Assembly (NCBI RefSeq): GCF_004010195.1
Contig: NC_057718.1
Location: forward strand, 26,260,990 to 26,324,989
DNA: 64,000 bases
DNA from: Chiloscyllium plagiosum
Taxonomy: Eukaryota
Direction: 5' to 3'
Under the pieces are notes generated by a model. That model saw only the letters and a program-made list of their open reading frames with translations, did no database searches and was not told the DNA's origin. Numbering within the stretch: the first letter of the stretch is position 1; every line of letters begins with the position of its first letter. Of this stretch, positions 50,591-62,029 are shown in pieces. A program made the translations under genes and the position numbers.

Positions 50591-53500
50591 GGGTTCAGAC
50601 AGCCTTTCCGACTGTTCTAAGGAGACAGGTATGTTTTGCTGCTGTCCCATTTGCAAGTTAGCAGCTTTCATGTCGTCCATGTGCTTATTCAGGATCGCTT
50701 CACTCACCCGAACATTGTACATCATGGGACCTGACCTCACCTGGTCATGCCTCTTACCCAACCAGGGCCATTTCCATGGTTTCAGAATTTGTCCCCTGAA
50801 GTAAAGCGCCTCTCACAAGAGTCTTGTCTTTGACATTACCGTTCCTGCTGCTATTTCACTACCCCCACCCTCACCAACCCCTCACCAGGTCCGGGAGGAT
50901 TAGATTTAACCTGGTGTGGAGTGTCCTACTCATTAGCAACTCAGCTGGGACTACTTCGTAGTTGCATGAGGGATGTTCTAACAAGCAGATAGGAACCAGG
51001 ACACTTTGGTATTGAGTGAAGCTGTAGACTATTTCTGTAAGCCTGCCTTCAAAGGCTGGACTGCTCTTTCTGCCAGACCATTAGACAATGGATGGTATGG
51101 TGCTGTCCTTACATGCCGAATGCTCTTCGACTTTAGGAAAAAAATCAAATTCCCTGCTGGTGAATGATGGCCGATTGTCTGTGACCAGCACTTATGGGAC
51201 CCCGAATTTTACAGAATAGTTCACAACTTTTTTGCCATTGTCCCCATGTTCGACAAATGAACTCTGCATGTCCAACCACTTTGAGTGGGCTTTCCAGGGT
51301 GTGCATTCTCTTGGATACCAGCCTGAGTTCTCTTACTCAGTTTAGGTCTAGAGGGACCCTTTTGCTGTCTCGAGTCCACATAGTGCCAGCAAATACAGTG
51401 GCTTGCTGGCCCGGATCCTGAAGAAAATGTCAACCTTCTGACCGAGGCTTATTGTTGTTAGGGATTTTCCTGTGGGCTGACTTAGAGTCCCTCTGTTCAG
51501 GATATATCCTGAGTGAGGCTATGCAATTGCCTTCACTCAAATGGTGCTCCCCAAGCTAAGTCGCCTGGGCAAGGGTGTCCACTTTCTTCAGCATACCCTG
51601 TAACTTCCTTACTCCACTTGCTGCATTTTCCAATGACAAATCCAGTTGGAGTGTCTGTTTGAAGTCCAGTTGGGCTTCAGCTACTGGGTGCTTTTTGCAT
51701 GGTTACATTATTAACCCCACTCTTGTTGGCACTGAAATAACTCCGCAAAGGCTGGTATCCCTTCACTGAGTTGCCTTTTATTTACACATGCATAGTACTT
51801 GACACTGGTCCAGCTTCCTCAGAGTCAGTTCAGAGTGAACAGAATCTCTGAAACTCCTGTTTCTATCTGTCAGTCAGTGGTCCCGGATTGGACCAGGTTA
51901 ACAGCCCCAATCAGGGAACTCATATTTTAAGCTGTCCACCTGGATGACCTCGTTCCAATCACTACGCTGGCCACTAGGTGTCTGCCTCCAGGCAATTGAA
52001 CTGTCCTCTGTCACATCAGGAAACTACTCTGTTGGCCTCCTTAGTTACTGGTTAACAGGACTCTTCTCAATAAGCCCAATCACTGCCCACTTTGTCGGGC
52101 TGGCAGGCCTGTCCTGGCCAAAATGGCCGGTGCTCAGAACAAAGTTGGCAACAGAGTCATGAAACTTTCTGGTCCAGCCCACCTTCATTTTCAACCCAGC
52201 GGGTCTGAAATTTTCAGCTCAAAGTGTCTTTGTTTACAGAATATACACATTGATACTATGTTTGGAGAGGTCATATTTTATCACTTACATTAAAAGCCCT
52301 GTTCCCAGAACAGGGCAAAAGAAGAACTGATTTGCGAGACTTGTAGTTTAATTGGATCTATGGGGAATAAGGGTTTAGCAGGCTTACAGCGGAACTGGAG
52401 CTGAATACAAATCTTGATAAGGCAATGCATGTAATATTAATGCATGATGTACACTAGGAATTCAAAATGCTCATACAAGTCAAATTTACACCAGTGTCAT
52501 TTTGACATTCTTTGATAAAATGCTGCTTTGATCTTGAATTATACATTAAATGCAGAGTCTACATGTACACTGACAAAATTTCAGAATGCATGTTTTCCAA
52601 CTGGCAATTTCAAGGTGAAATGGAAAATATTTTAAATTGTGGGACATGAGAGATTTATAAAAATTTACAGAATCATAAACAAGTACCGAAATTATTGTAG
52701 TTTTTTTTATAACCAGGGCACAAAGAAAATATCCTTATAAAAAGGACACATGTTTCTATCACTTTATTACCAAGGTTAAAAGCTGCACTTTTTAAAAACC
52801 CTTCTTGGTTTGGACAATAGTGGAGTTGTGCCAGTAGTTTAGCATTACCCTTTTGCTGTCTGTGGCAATCTATGTCTGTCTGAAGGCCTGTAATTGGAAT
52901 CGAAGCTGTAACATTAAGTGAATGTCAAAGCAGAGAAGAAAATAAAATAAAAACATTAAGATACAGTTCATCTGCGTAGGCTATTCAAAAGCTGCTATCT
53001 GCTACCTTATGTGTCGTCACAGTGCCTGAAGGAGATGGGTGAAAATGAGAGCAAAAAGAATACAAAGAAGGAACAGGACTTCGAAAGAAAAACAAGAAAG
53101 ACAGAATAAATAAAAATAAAACAGGACAGTTGCTGGAGGCCAATCATTTCAGCCCTAGAATATCACTACATGAATTCTTCAGGGCTATATGCTCAGCTTA
53201 ACACTCTTCAGCAGCTTGTCCAATGCCCTTTGCTGCATTATAAACGCAGGCTCGCTGAAGATTGCATAATGTTTTATTTCATTTGCAATTAGTCTGGTAA
53301 TAAAGTTGGCCATACCTGCATGCAGAGAGACCTTGCAGGTTATTTTATCTCTTTCCTGGATTTGGAGACTGAGAATTAGGATTGACATAATTGCACTGTA
53401 ATGTCCAACATCTTTATGAAGATTTTTTAACAGATCAGTTTCAATGAAATCATCCAGATACTCTTCAAGTGATCTTGATCTTTGACCAACATCATCTTAC

Positions 53501-54249
53501 TTGGTACACTGGCATTCTTCTTGCCAATACCTGTCATCTGCCTTCTTTTTTCAAGCAATCCCCATTGATATACAATGTCTGTCTTCGTTTTGACCTCTGC
53601 TGTAAAGATTTTCTTTTGAGATTTATGCACAGAACAGTTTTTGAAAGAACTCACAAATAACCTTCTTCTGCATATAGATTGGTTAGACTAGGTCAGATGA
53701 GATTTTATTGTCAAGTGAAGCCAAGTACAGGGGCATAATGAAAAATGTACAATCGCTATTCTGTGGCACCATTTTAGAATTAAAAACGAGAGCCGAAGTT
53801 AAAGAAACAGAAACGGAAGGAAACTAAAATGTCCAGATCACCCTCGTTGTTGCACTGTCTGTTAGTATGCTTACTGCTTGGTTATTGTATTCCCAAATTG
53901 TCTTCTGTTGGCTTAGTTATATAAGGACTTATTCCAGTCCCACTGTGATTACTGATCTGGTTTCAATCATCCTCCACAGATTTCAACAAGTTTCTTGTGA
54001 TTAACAGTTCTGTTTAATTCAAATTCTTATATTCAATTCAGTACTATCATTGCAGTTAACAAGTATTGATGTAATTAGCAAGTATTGCATCCATCCAAGT
54101 TTCACATAACAGTTCTGAATTCATAGCCAGTCCATTAAAACTTTGCATGCAAGCTTGACAATATCAAGGTTTGTCTTAATGTGTGGCTCAAACATTATTT
54201 GCCAGATAGTGACATACTCCAAAAAAAAGCAGCATTTAACTCCCTCCCT

Positions 54250-54850
54250 TTGACACACTGTGGCAATGCCATTGCTCCACCATCAACATTGACCAGACTG
54301 AACCAGTCCCATGAACTTTATACCTAATGAAACAGGTTAGAGGCCTGGTATTCCACAGCGAGTGATTCATTCCCTGCCTCCTCAACGCTTTTTCCTGAAT
54401 ATTGAGAAAGAGGTTGGGAAGAATTCAATCAGACTCCCATTTGTTTGAATGGATACAGGAGCAACAAAACTCAAGATGCTCAGAACCATCCAGGACAAAA
54501 TGTTTGAAAGATGCCCATCTCCCCTTCATGCACCATGGCTATGGTCTGTGCTGGTAACCAACTGCCCTGCAGCAGTTCACCAAGGCCCCTTCAATATCAC
54601 TTCCCAAGCTCACAAGCTATGATACCTAAAAGGACAAGGGTACCAAGGCACAGCCAAGTTCCTACCCAAAATATACATTGGCCCATCTTGTACATATATT
54701 TCTGTCACAGGGTCAGTATCCTAGAATTCCCCACTTTTTTGCATTGCAGGAGCACCCTGAATGCACAAACTGCAACAATTCAAGGGGAAAGATCAATCAA
54801 GGTGAGCTTAGCATTTGACCACTGTCCATGTGTTGAAAATGAATTAGTGA
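54250..54850 (+). mobile_element. Decayed L2/CR1-group LINE 3' fragment
   Basis: Similar to the reverse complement of 22480-22800 (caacaaaactcaagatgctcagaaccatccaggacaaa; tcctagaattccc). Confidence 0.55.
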
Positions 54851-57349
54851 AAAGGGTCAGTAGAGGTAAAACAGTGAAAGAATAAATCCACCCAAGAGCA
54901 GGGGCATCTAACATGTAAGGAATACAGATGCAAAAAAACTTCAAACTGGTTTCTAAGGACTACTTAAAAAATGAGACACGCTTCTCTTACCCAGTTTATG
55001 ACTCATGATTGTCATAACTTTAAATTTCATATTCCCTTTGCATTCAGTCGCAACATTGTGGCATTTGACTATTTGGAACATAGTAAGAATAGAACAAAAC
55101 TGCTCCAATCTGTTTTAAAATTTTCTGTCTCATTATTCAACATTTGTAAGCGCAAATACTGTCAAGAGACACATGCTACTATGGAGGCTTCTGTTTGAGG
55201 TACAGATCTTCCACAATCTATTGCTTTATTAATGCATGAATTACTTTAACACCTTCCACCTTCAGGAGTTCACAGCTTCTGAAATTTAAGGGTGCACTGA
55301 TATGAAGCACCTTAAATCTGCTATGAGGAAGATAATGACTCATTTGAGGCGATGGAGAGAGTTGCTGTGATATCGACTCTGAACACTTTGTAGATTTTGA
55401 GTAGAAAATAGCTTACTGGTTGCAGCTGGAAAATTCCTTTCATACTGCTTAGAGGACAGTTGTAGGTGGAATAATATCCATGTTTTCAGGGTCTCATTTA
55501 ACACTTATCAAGACTATTGATGTAAAGATTTAGCACTTGACATCAGATTATGTGAATCATAGTTAACCCTAAATTCACTTCATTGTTGCAGATGTATAGT
55601 GATCCAGTCTTTAACCAAAGACAGAATCCTCTCCCAAACCACCGAAAAGCTTCTGATCAACTGGGAGAGGATCTGCCTCTATTTTTAAGAAAGTCTGCAG
55701 AATTTAGTCAGAATTATGGCTGCTTTAATGAAATCAAGTAAGTACTGACAAAAAATCCATTGATATTCCATGCTTTGAAATTGTAGAAGTCTAAACAAAC
55801 TTCACAACTCAGGGGGCAATACGGGGAAAAAGCATTCACCCCTCAAAAAGTAATATTTAAAAACAAAGCAATTTGTTACGTGGACTATCCACATCACGAT
55901 AATCACACTTGCATTTCATTTCGCTCCCCTCCCAATCATAACTCCCTTTCCTCTCTCTAATTCTTTGTTGCCTGTGATCATTTTTTTTCTGGTTAATTTA
56001 ATGAGCAAGTGATTGTCAGTGAATATACTACATATTCTGAAATGCATTTCCAATATTTGAACTGGATGTCAGGCTCAGTAAAGGCAAAACATTTATGCCG
56101 CAATAAATGCACGTCCCATTAGGGTTGAGTTTTCCTGTATGCACGGATATCTAGTTATTTCTGTACATCTTTTACAACTAAAGGGGAAAGGAAGAGTCAG
56201 ATGTTAAAATTCATATGTTTTGGAGTCCACCAAATGCAGTCTCTGTGCAAGAGGGAGATATTTTGCCTGCATTTAATATCTACAATTGGAATAATGACTG
56301 GAAGATGTCATCTGACAGAAATCCATAAATGATAATCTATATAAAACAAAATTATGGCAAGCATTTTGCTTTTAAGAGAGCTTATTATGTTTGAAGGTAC
56401 TGTGCTGACCCATCAGCTCACTCTGACTCTTTTCTGTTGAAGATTTTCTCGCAGCATCATAGCGCCGTTTTGGCACAGAAGGAGGCCAAATCAACCCATC
56501 AAATCCATGCCAGTTCTCTGTTGGGCAAGCCTGTGAGCCCCATTCTCCCACTTCACTTGTGTGGCCCCACACAAGTTTGTTTCACTAAAGTGTCAATCCA
56601 ATTTATTCATGACGTTGATGATCATCTCTGTTTCCATCCACCTAACATGGACTTTAATTGCATTATGATCCCAACTGATGGTGATAATGTACAGGTCAAA
56701 TCTCAGTGTGAAACATGACTTGATAGGCCATTAGTTTTAATCCTGCAATTAGTTGGCCATGGTAGTCATGAGTATATTCACAAGAGGCTGCCAATGTACT
56801 TTTAACAAAATAAAATTAATGTCACTAAAACATAAAAGGGAAAAAGAACACAAACTATCCTACATTATCTAAAAACTATTTAAAATTATTTTACTAAAAA
56901 ATCATGAAGAAAAATTAAACTCTTTTGCCCTTACAAATACTTAAATCTCGACGAATAGTCAGCTTATTTCCACTTTAAAGTGTCTTAATAAGCCAACATG
57001 ACTGTAATTGGTCTCTTTCTGGCAAATGGGCAAATATCTGCATTCGCTTCATACTTGTTTCTTTAGTTAATGTCTCTTGCTGTGAACATTTCAGAAATGT
57101 CTCTCTCTCCCTCAATTATAGAATCTCCTATAATGATGGCATTTCTACACCTTGCTGTTTTGTCCTATACGGTCCCTCTAGCATTGGCGCCATGATTTGG
57201 AATGCAATCCTTCAAGATGTTGACATTCCCGGCAATCTCCAGTGCCAAGTGCTAGTTTGAGAACGGTGGAAACCCTGAACTGATACTGATTGCCCTTCCC
57301 TGGTTTTTGGATGTGACCCATCCTGAACTTATGCTTTCAGTTGGGTGGT

Positions 57350-57475
57350 CAACACTTGGTGAAGGAGCAGCGCTCTGTTAGCTAGTACTTTCAAATAAAC
57401 CTGTTGCACTATAAACTTGTTTTGTGTGATTTTTAACTTTGTCCACCCCAGTCCAACACCAGCACCTTCACATCA
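57350..57475 (+). mobile_element. PLE third-family terminal fragment
   Basis: gaaggagcagcgctctg...tgtgtgatttttaactttgtccaccccagtccaacacc matches the right end of the 36641 and 59482 elements. Confidence 0.8.
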
Positions 57476-59481
57476 TGACCACCTGGTATTTTTGATCCAG
57501 GAATTGCTAATTCTTCCTGGTGCTCCTCATTGAATCTAGCTCCCCCTCAAGCTTGGATATTCTCAACTTAAGCTCAAGCAACTGCAAATGTTTCCTGCAC
57601 ATGTAGGACTCATGAAGTGGACTGAACTCCCCATATGGCACAGGAAATCCAAACAACAGATGTTAACTTCTCTCGGTAAAGAAAATCTGAATTGAAAGGA
57701 AAACATGACTGCAGCAAATCTTATTGAAAGGAAGTTTACCATTGTAAATGCAATTACCTTCTGTGCTACCGGCTTTGTTTTTTTTTTGTATTGAATCCAA
57801 ATCAAAAATAATTAAAACATGGAGTATGTTTTGAGGAACAAGATTCCCACTTTATCCAAGAAACTAACTTTTTGATAAAGGTTTTGTTCCTCCTGTTCCA
57901 ATCACTAATGAAGAGACAGGATAAATATGGTGAATTGGTAGATTGTCTTTTGACTTTTAGATACTGGGATTGTTAGGACAGAATGTTAGTACACAATATT
58001 CTTTCCTTGTTCAGTGGCTTAACTTGTCCGTAGTGGGGTTAAGGTATGGCATTAGGAGATTGTCACTTCTACTATGACCTGGATGAGTTTTGTTGACTAA
58101 TGATGCACGTTTCAGCTCAATTCTCATGCAAGCAAGTTGCAGCATGAGTTAAATGATGAGTCACAAGGGGACAGTGGGCAGGAAGCTGTCAATTCTACTT
58201 GGGGGATGTTCTGGGGTCAAAGGTTCTGGTGTCGTGTTTAAAGGACAACCAAACTCCCTTTCACCCAATGCAAGCCGAGAACACTGGAGGAGTCTGTGTT
58301 GGTCGCCATCAACCACTCTGCATTTTAATAAGCAGAAAATGGTCCCAATATTCAGCAAAGGCTTGTGACAATCTCTTGTCTAAGTGACCTGGGAAAGAAG
58401 GGAATTTTTCCCTGAGAATGGTGGTAGGCAACCCTTCCCATCAGATCCCAGCAGCTTGGAGTGAGTTTGAGGCACAGTTCAGCATCAGTGGACTGACTAT
58501 AAGACTCAGATCCAATGTGGGAAAAGGATGAATAATCTCCTGCACTCTCTAAGAATAAGTGGCACCATCTACTCATTGCACATGCACACTCAGAGGGCCA
58601 TTCTTTAGTCTCAATATATGACACAGTGCGATCACCAAATGGTGAACCCTGAATCAGCTGTCTAAGGAAGTGATGTAGAAATGTGGTTGGGACGACAGGT
58701 TCATGAGAAAAAGTTAATTTCCTAAATTGAGGTATATGTGGCTAAATATTCTCAGTATGTAAAGCAGGGTAATGTCTAACTGAGATGTAAATCTCTGTGT
58801 CCTACAGTGAGAATAGGAGGAAAGTGCACTTCTGCAGTCCATAGTAATGGTTAAATAGTCACTGAGGATGTTTAGCCATTGCAAGGATACAGTCAGTGTT
58901 CATAACATTGTGCAGGAGTGTAGGAATAATGAGGGAACAAGATGACTGGCATTAATTAAGATGTGAGAGTAATCTCCAGGTTGACTGTTCCTTATTCTAC
59001 CTCCTTTTTTCTTGAGGCAAGGTCCACAACCCTGATACCCTTCAGAAAACCCCTGTTCACAGGGGTATGCAGTGCAATTGCAACAGTTTTAAGCAATTAA
59101 CAGAAAGGTTAGATTGGTTTACGGATTTTCCTGTTAAAAATAGACAATCACATTGGAAACAGTTTGCAATTATAAACTTAGCTTTTGTCATATCAAGGTA
59201 TTGGTGTAATAAACAATCAGCATGCACAACCACAGCTAGACTGGCAGGCAGTTAGAATCACAGCATTGTATGCACAGCACCTGTGGTCCTTAAAGGTGAA
59301 ATTGCTTAAAGTCAAAGTACATTTAAAACATTCTCCTCATTCTCAAAAGAAAGTTGAACAATTTACAAGAACAAGTGAAATTATCAGTCTCTAACATGTA
59401 AATGGTTTTCTCATATGTCCAGATAAGATGGTGACTTTATCTAAATGTGCTGTTGATTTCACAGGCATCAAGTACATTGTT

Positions 59482-59897
59482 ACAAATCACACAACACCAA
59501 GTTATAGTCCAACAGGTTTAATTGGAAGCACTAGCTTTCAGAGCGCCGCTCCTTCATCAGGTGGTTGTGGAGAACACAATTGTAAGACACAGAATTTATA
59601 GCAAAAATTTACAGTGTGATGTAACTGAAATTATACATTGAATAATACCTTAGTTGTCTGTTGAGTCATCTAATAGAACAGATGAAAGACTCAACAGACA
59701 ATCAAGGTATTTTTCAATGTATAATTTCACTTACATCACACTGTAAATTTTTGCTATAAATTCTGTGTCTTACAATTGTGTCCTCCACAATCACCTGATG
59801 AAGGAGCAGCGCTCTGAAAACTAGTGTGCTTCCAATTAAACCTGGTGTTGTGTGATTTGTAACTTTGTACACCCCAGTCCAACACCGGCATCTCCAG
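59482..59897. mobile_element. Fold-back PLE derivative forming a ~190-bp-arm hairpin
   Basis: Arms ~59479-59667 and ~59689-59863 are reverse complements apart from a small deletion, with a ~34-nt one-sided extension. TSD atcaa(g/t)tacattgtt (59467-59481 / 59898-59912). Confidence 0.9.
59529..59563 (-). ncRNA. Minimal hammerhead ribozyme motif (third PLE family)
   Basis: Minus strand: cac-CTGATGA-a-ggagc-ggc-gctct-GAAA-gCTA-gtg; stem I cac/gtg, palindromic stem III AGCT. The mirror copy on + at 59792-59826 has a stem III change. Confidence 0.72.
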
Positions 59898-60083
59898 ATC
59901 AATTACATTGTTTGTCTCTTCTAATTATGCTATTAAGTTTTCGTTCTTTTCCTTCTGGTTTTATTGGAAGCCTAGAATCCTTTCAACTGCTATTTCAGTG
60001 GCCATTTGGTTTCCTCTGCATCCTGTTTGAATTAACTTGTGAGATCATCATTGTTTGCATTTATTTCTGAAATGACTATCTCG

Positions 60084-60701
60084 TGTCACAAAGTTGGTCC
60101 CCTTCTTTCTAAAAGCTGTTCCTTTTCTCAAGGATACTGTGTCTTTGATTATTTTCAGAGGGGTCGTAAATGGGTCGGGCTCCGATTAGACTAGTTTGGT
60201 ACAGAGATGAAAAGGATTTTGAGAGGTGTTTTGTTTATATGTAAACAGATGAGACTTCAGGCCAAAGCCATCATGTTTTAGAGGTGCCCTGTATAATGGA
60301 AGGGGAGTGGTCAGCTCTCTAGCTGAGCAGTTCAAACCAGAACCAGTGAGGAGATCAGCTGTGTGGAAGCAGGCTCTCTTTCTCTCTGCCCTTCTAACTT
60401 AAACCTGTAAGCACCTGTTCCATTTGTACAGTTTTTTTAAGGGGACTGTTGTGTATATTTGGTACAGCATAATTAAGTCTAGTTTGGAGAGACTGAGTTC
60501 TGTAGGGGTTCTTTATTCTGTCCCTTGTGTTTCATTGTGTAATTTTGTGAATAAATTTCCGTCTGTTTTAAAACCTAGTAGTCAACCTAGCTAACTTACT
60601 CCGGGTAATTTTCACTGTACATTTATCAAAACAAATTGCAAAGTTATGTTCTGGGTTGCCCGCTCAAGAATGTTTTGAGTGGTCTGGCCTAGCCCATAAC
60701 G
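60084..60701 (+). mobile_element. Probable solo LTR
   Basis: Starts TGTCACA and ends CATAAC(G); TATA-like tgtataatgg at ~60290, AATAAA at ~60550. The TSD is not clean (ctcg/catg). Confidence 0.55.
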
Positions 60702-62029
60702 CATGGATTATTTATAGCTCCTTATTGCCTCTGCTATGTATCTCCATCTAGTTTTGCAGGTCTGTCATTTCATCTAACTTTACTTTCTGCTCACCAATTT
60801 TTCTATAGCAGCACCTGTTGAGCTTGATTCATTTTACATGCAAGTCACTCCAGATCTTCCTGTAGACTGGCAATCTTCTCATTGGATTGATGATGCAGCT
60901 CATTTGTTTCCTTTCTCTTGCAGCTCTTCATTCGTTGTTGGGCTGAGTAGAGGTATACCTCTAAAACATTTCTGAGATGGTGTACTTACATTCACAGGCT
61001 TTATCCTGTGCTAACTATTCAGCCTTTTCATTTTCAACATGTGTTTTTTTTTAGTCCACAGGCGAGAGCTGAGATTTTAGGTCCATTAATTCAGAAGGTG
61101 AACTGCTCCAATTTTTTTTATACTCAGTTCTGCAACTGTTCCTAGAATAGTTTGTTGCAGTTTCTGTTGTGTTTCTGACATGTGACTGATTTCTTGTTTG
61201 TGACTAATCATGTAATGCTGGAATATCTGCAGTTGTTGGTCCAGCAGTATCTATGGCATAGAACATCTGCGACAGCCAACACTTGTAATCCAACACATGG
61301 AATTGGTAAATCCTTGTATGCTGAAAGTTTTACTTTTGTAGGTTGTGTCACAGCCTTCCGTGTTTGTGAGTATGTTTTTAGAACTCATAGGTGTTTGCTC
61401 CAGTGTCGATCTTAGCTGATAACAAATAATTAGCAACTTTCTGATGAAGAATCATTTGAGTTTTGCAAACACTTCAGATGTTGTGATAACTTTTGAACTG
61501 GTAAGAAATGTAAAATGTGAGTTCACCATTTATTGTATCAAATTGTACATCATCAAATTCTGGCTTGTCAATCACTTCATGTCCATGCATCTAGTAGGAT
61601 ACCAGACAGTCTTTATTGCAGCTTGAAAGTACTCATTGTGTGTTGTTTGAGTTGGTCAACAGCTCTTGGTTGATTTGCCATAGTGCTCTGCCTCTGCCAA
61701 TGGCTTTTTCCGCCATACGCGTGGCAAAATTGATTGAAAGCTGGGCATTTCATTGGTGCCTGCAGAAAGCAACACTTACAATATGGCTTGCTATGCTTTG
61801 GTGTTTTAGTGATGGTGTCAATTGTTAAATTTCAGCTTAGGGTCTGTAAACTTCATCAACCTACAACAATTATGAAGCACTTGCATTCAGTAGCTGTTTA
61901 ACTCTTTGGTCTCTTTAGCAAATCGTTTTGGAAAGCTTCCATGGATGTTGGTGTAATCACCAAGTCAACAATTCTGTTAGTTAGTTTCCCATCTGAAAAA
62001 TGATGTAGCTAGCCCTTTAGAAACATTGA

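Larger units (their letters stand above)
49915..51966 (-). mobile_element. Internally deleted Gypsy/Ty3 LTR retrotransposon with both LTRs (3' LTR 49915-50237, 5' LTR 51733-51966) and integrase remnant
   Basis: Two direct repeats TGAAATAA...CACTAC(A/G); PPT (minus-strand agagggaaaggga) at 50238-50250; PBS-like sequence at 51721-51732. Minus-strand integrase core VLVTDN.PSFTSREF...IRHVRTAPYHPLSNGLAERA at ~51062-51195. No TSD recognisable. Confidence 0.87.

Noticed and set aside
53185..53660. Short ORFs as a processed pseudogene or small gene
   Set aside because: There is no recognisable protein similarity, poly(A)/TSD or splice structure.
56550..56580. TCVAPHK / GPTQ-like sequence as the next ALK exon (TCGASGPHGPTQ)
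   Set aside because: It lacks the W-F-TTCGASG context and a splice acceptor, and it lies in a decayed CR1/SINE tail.
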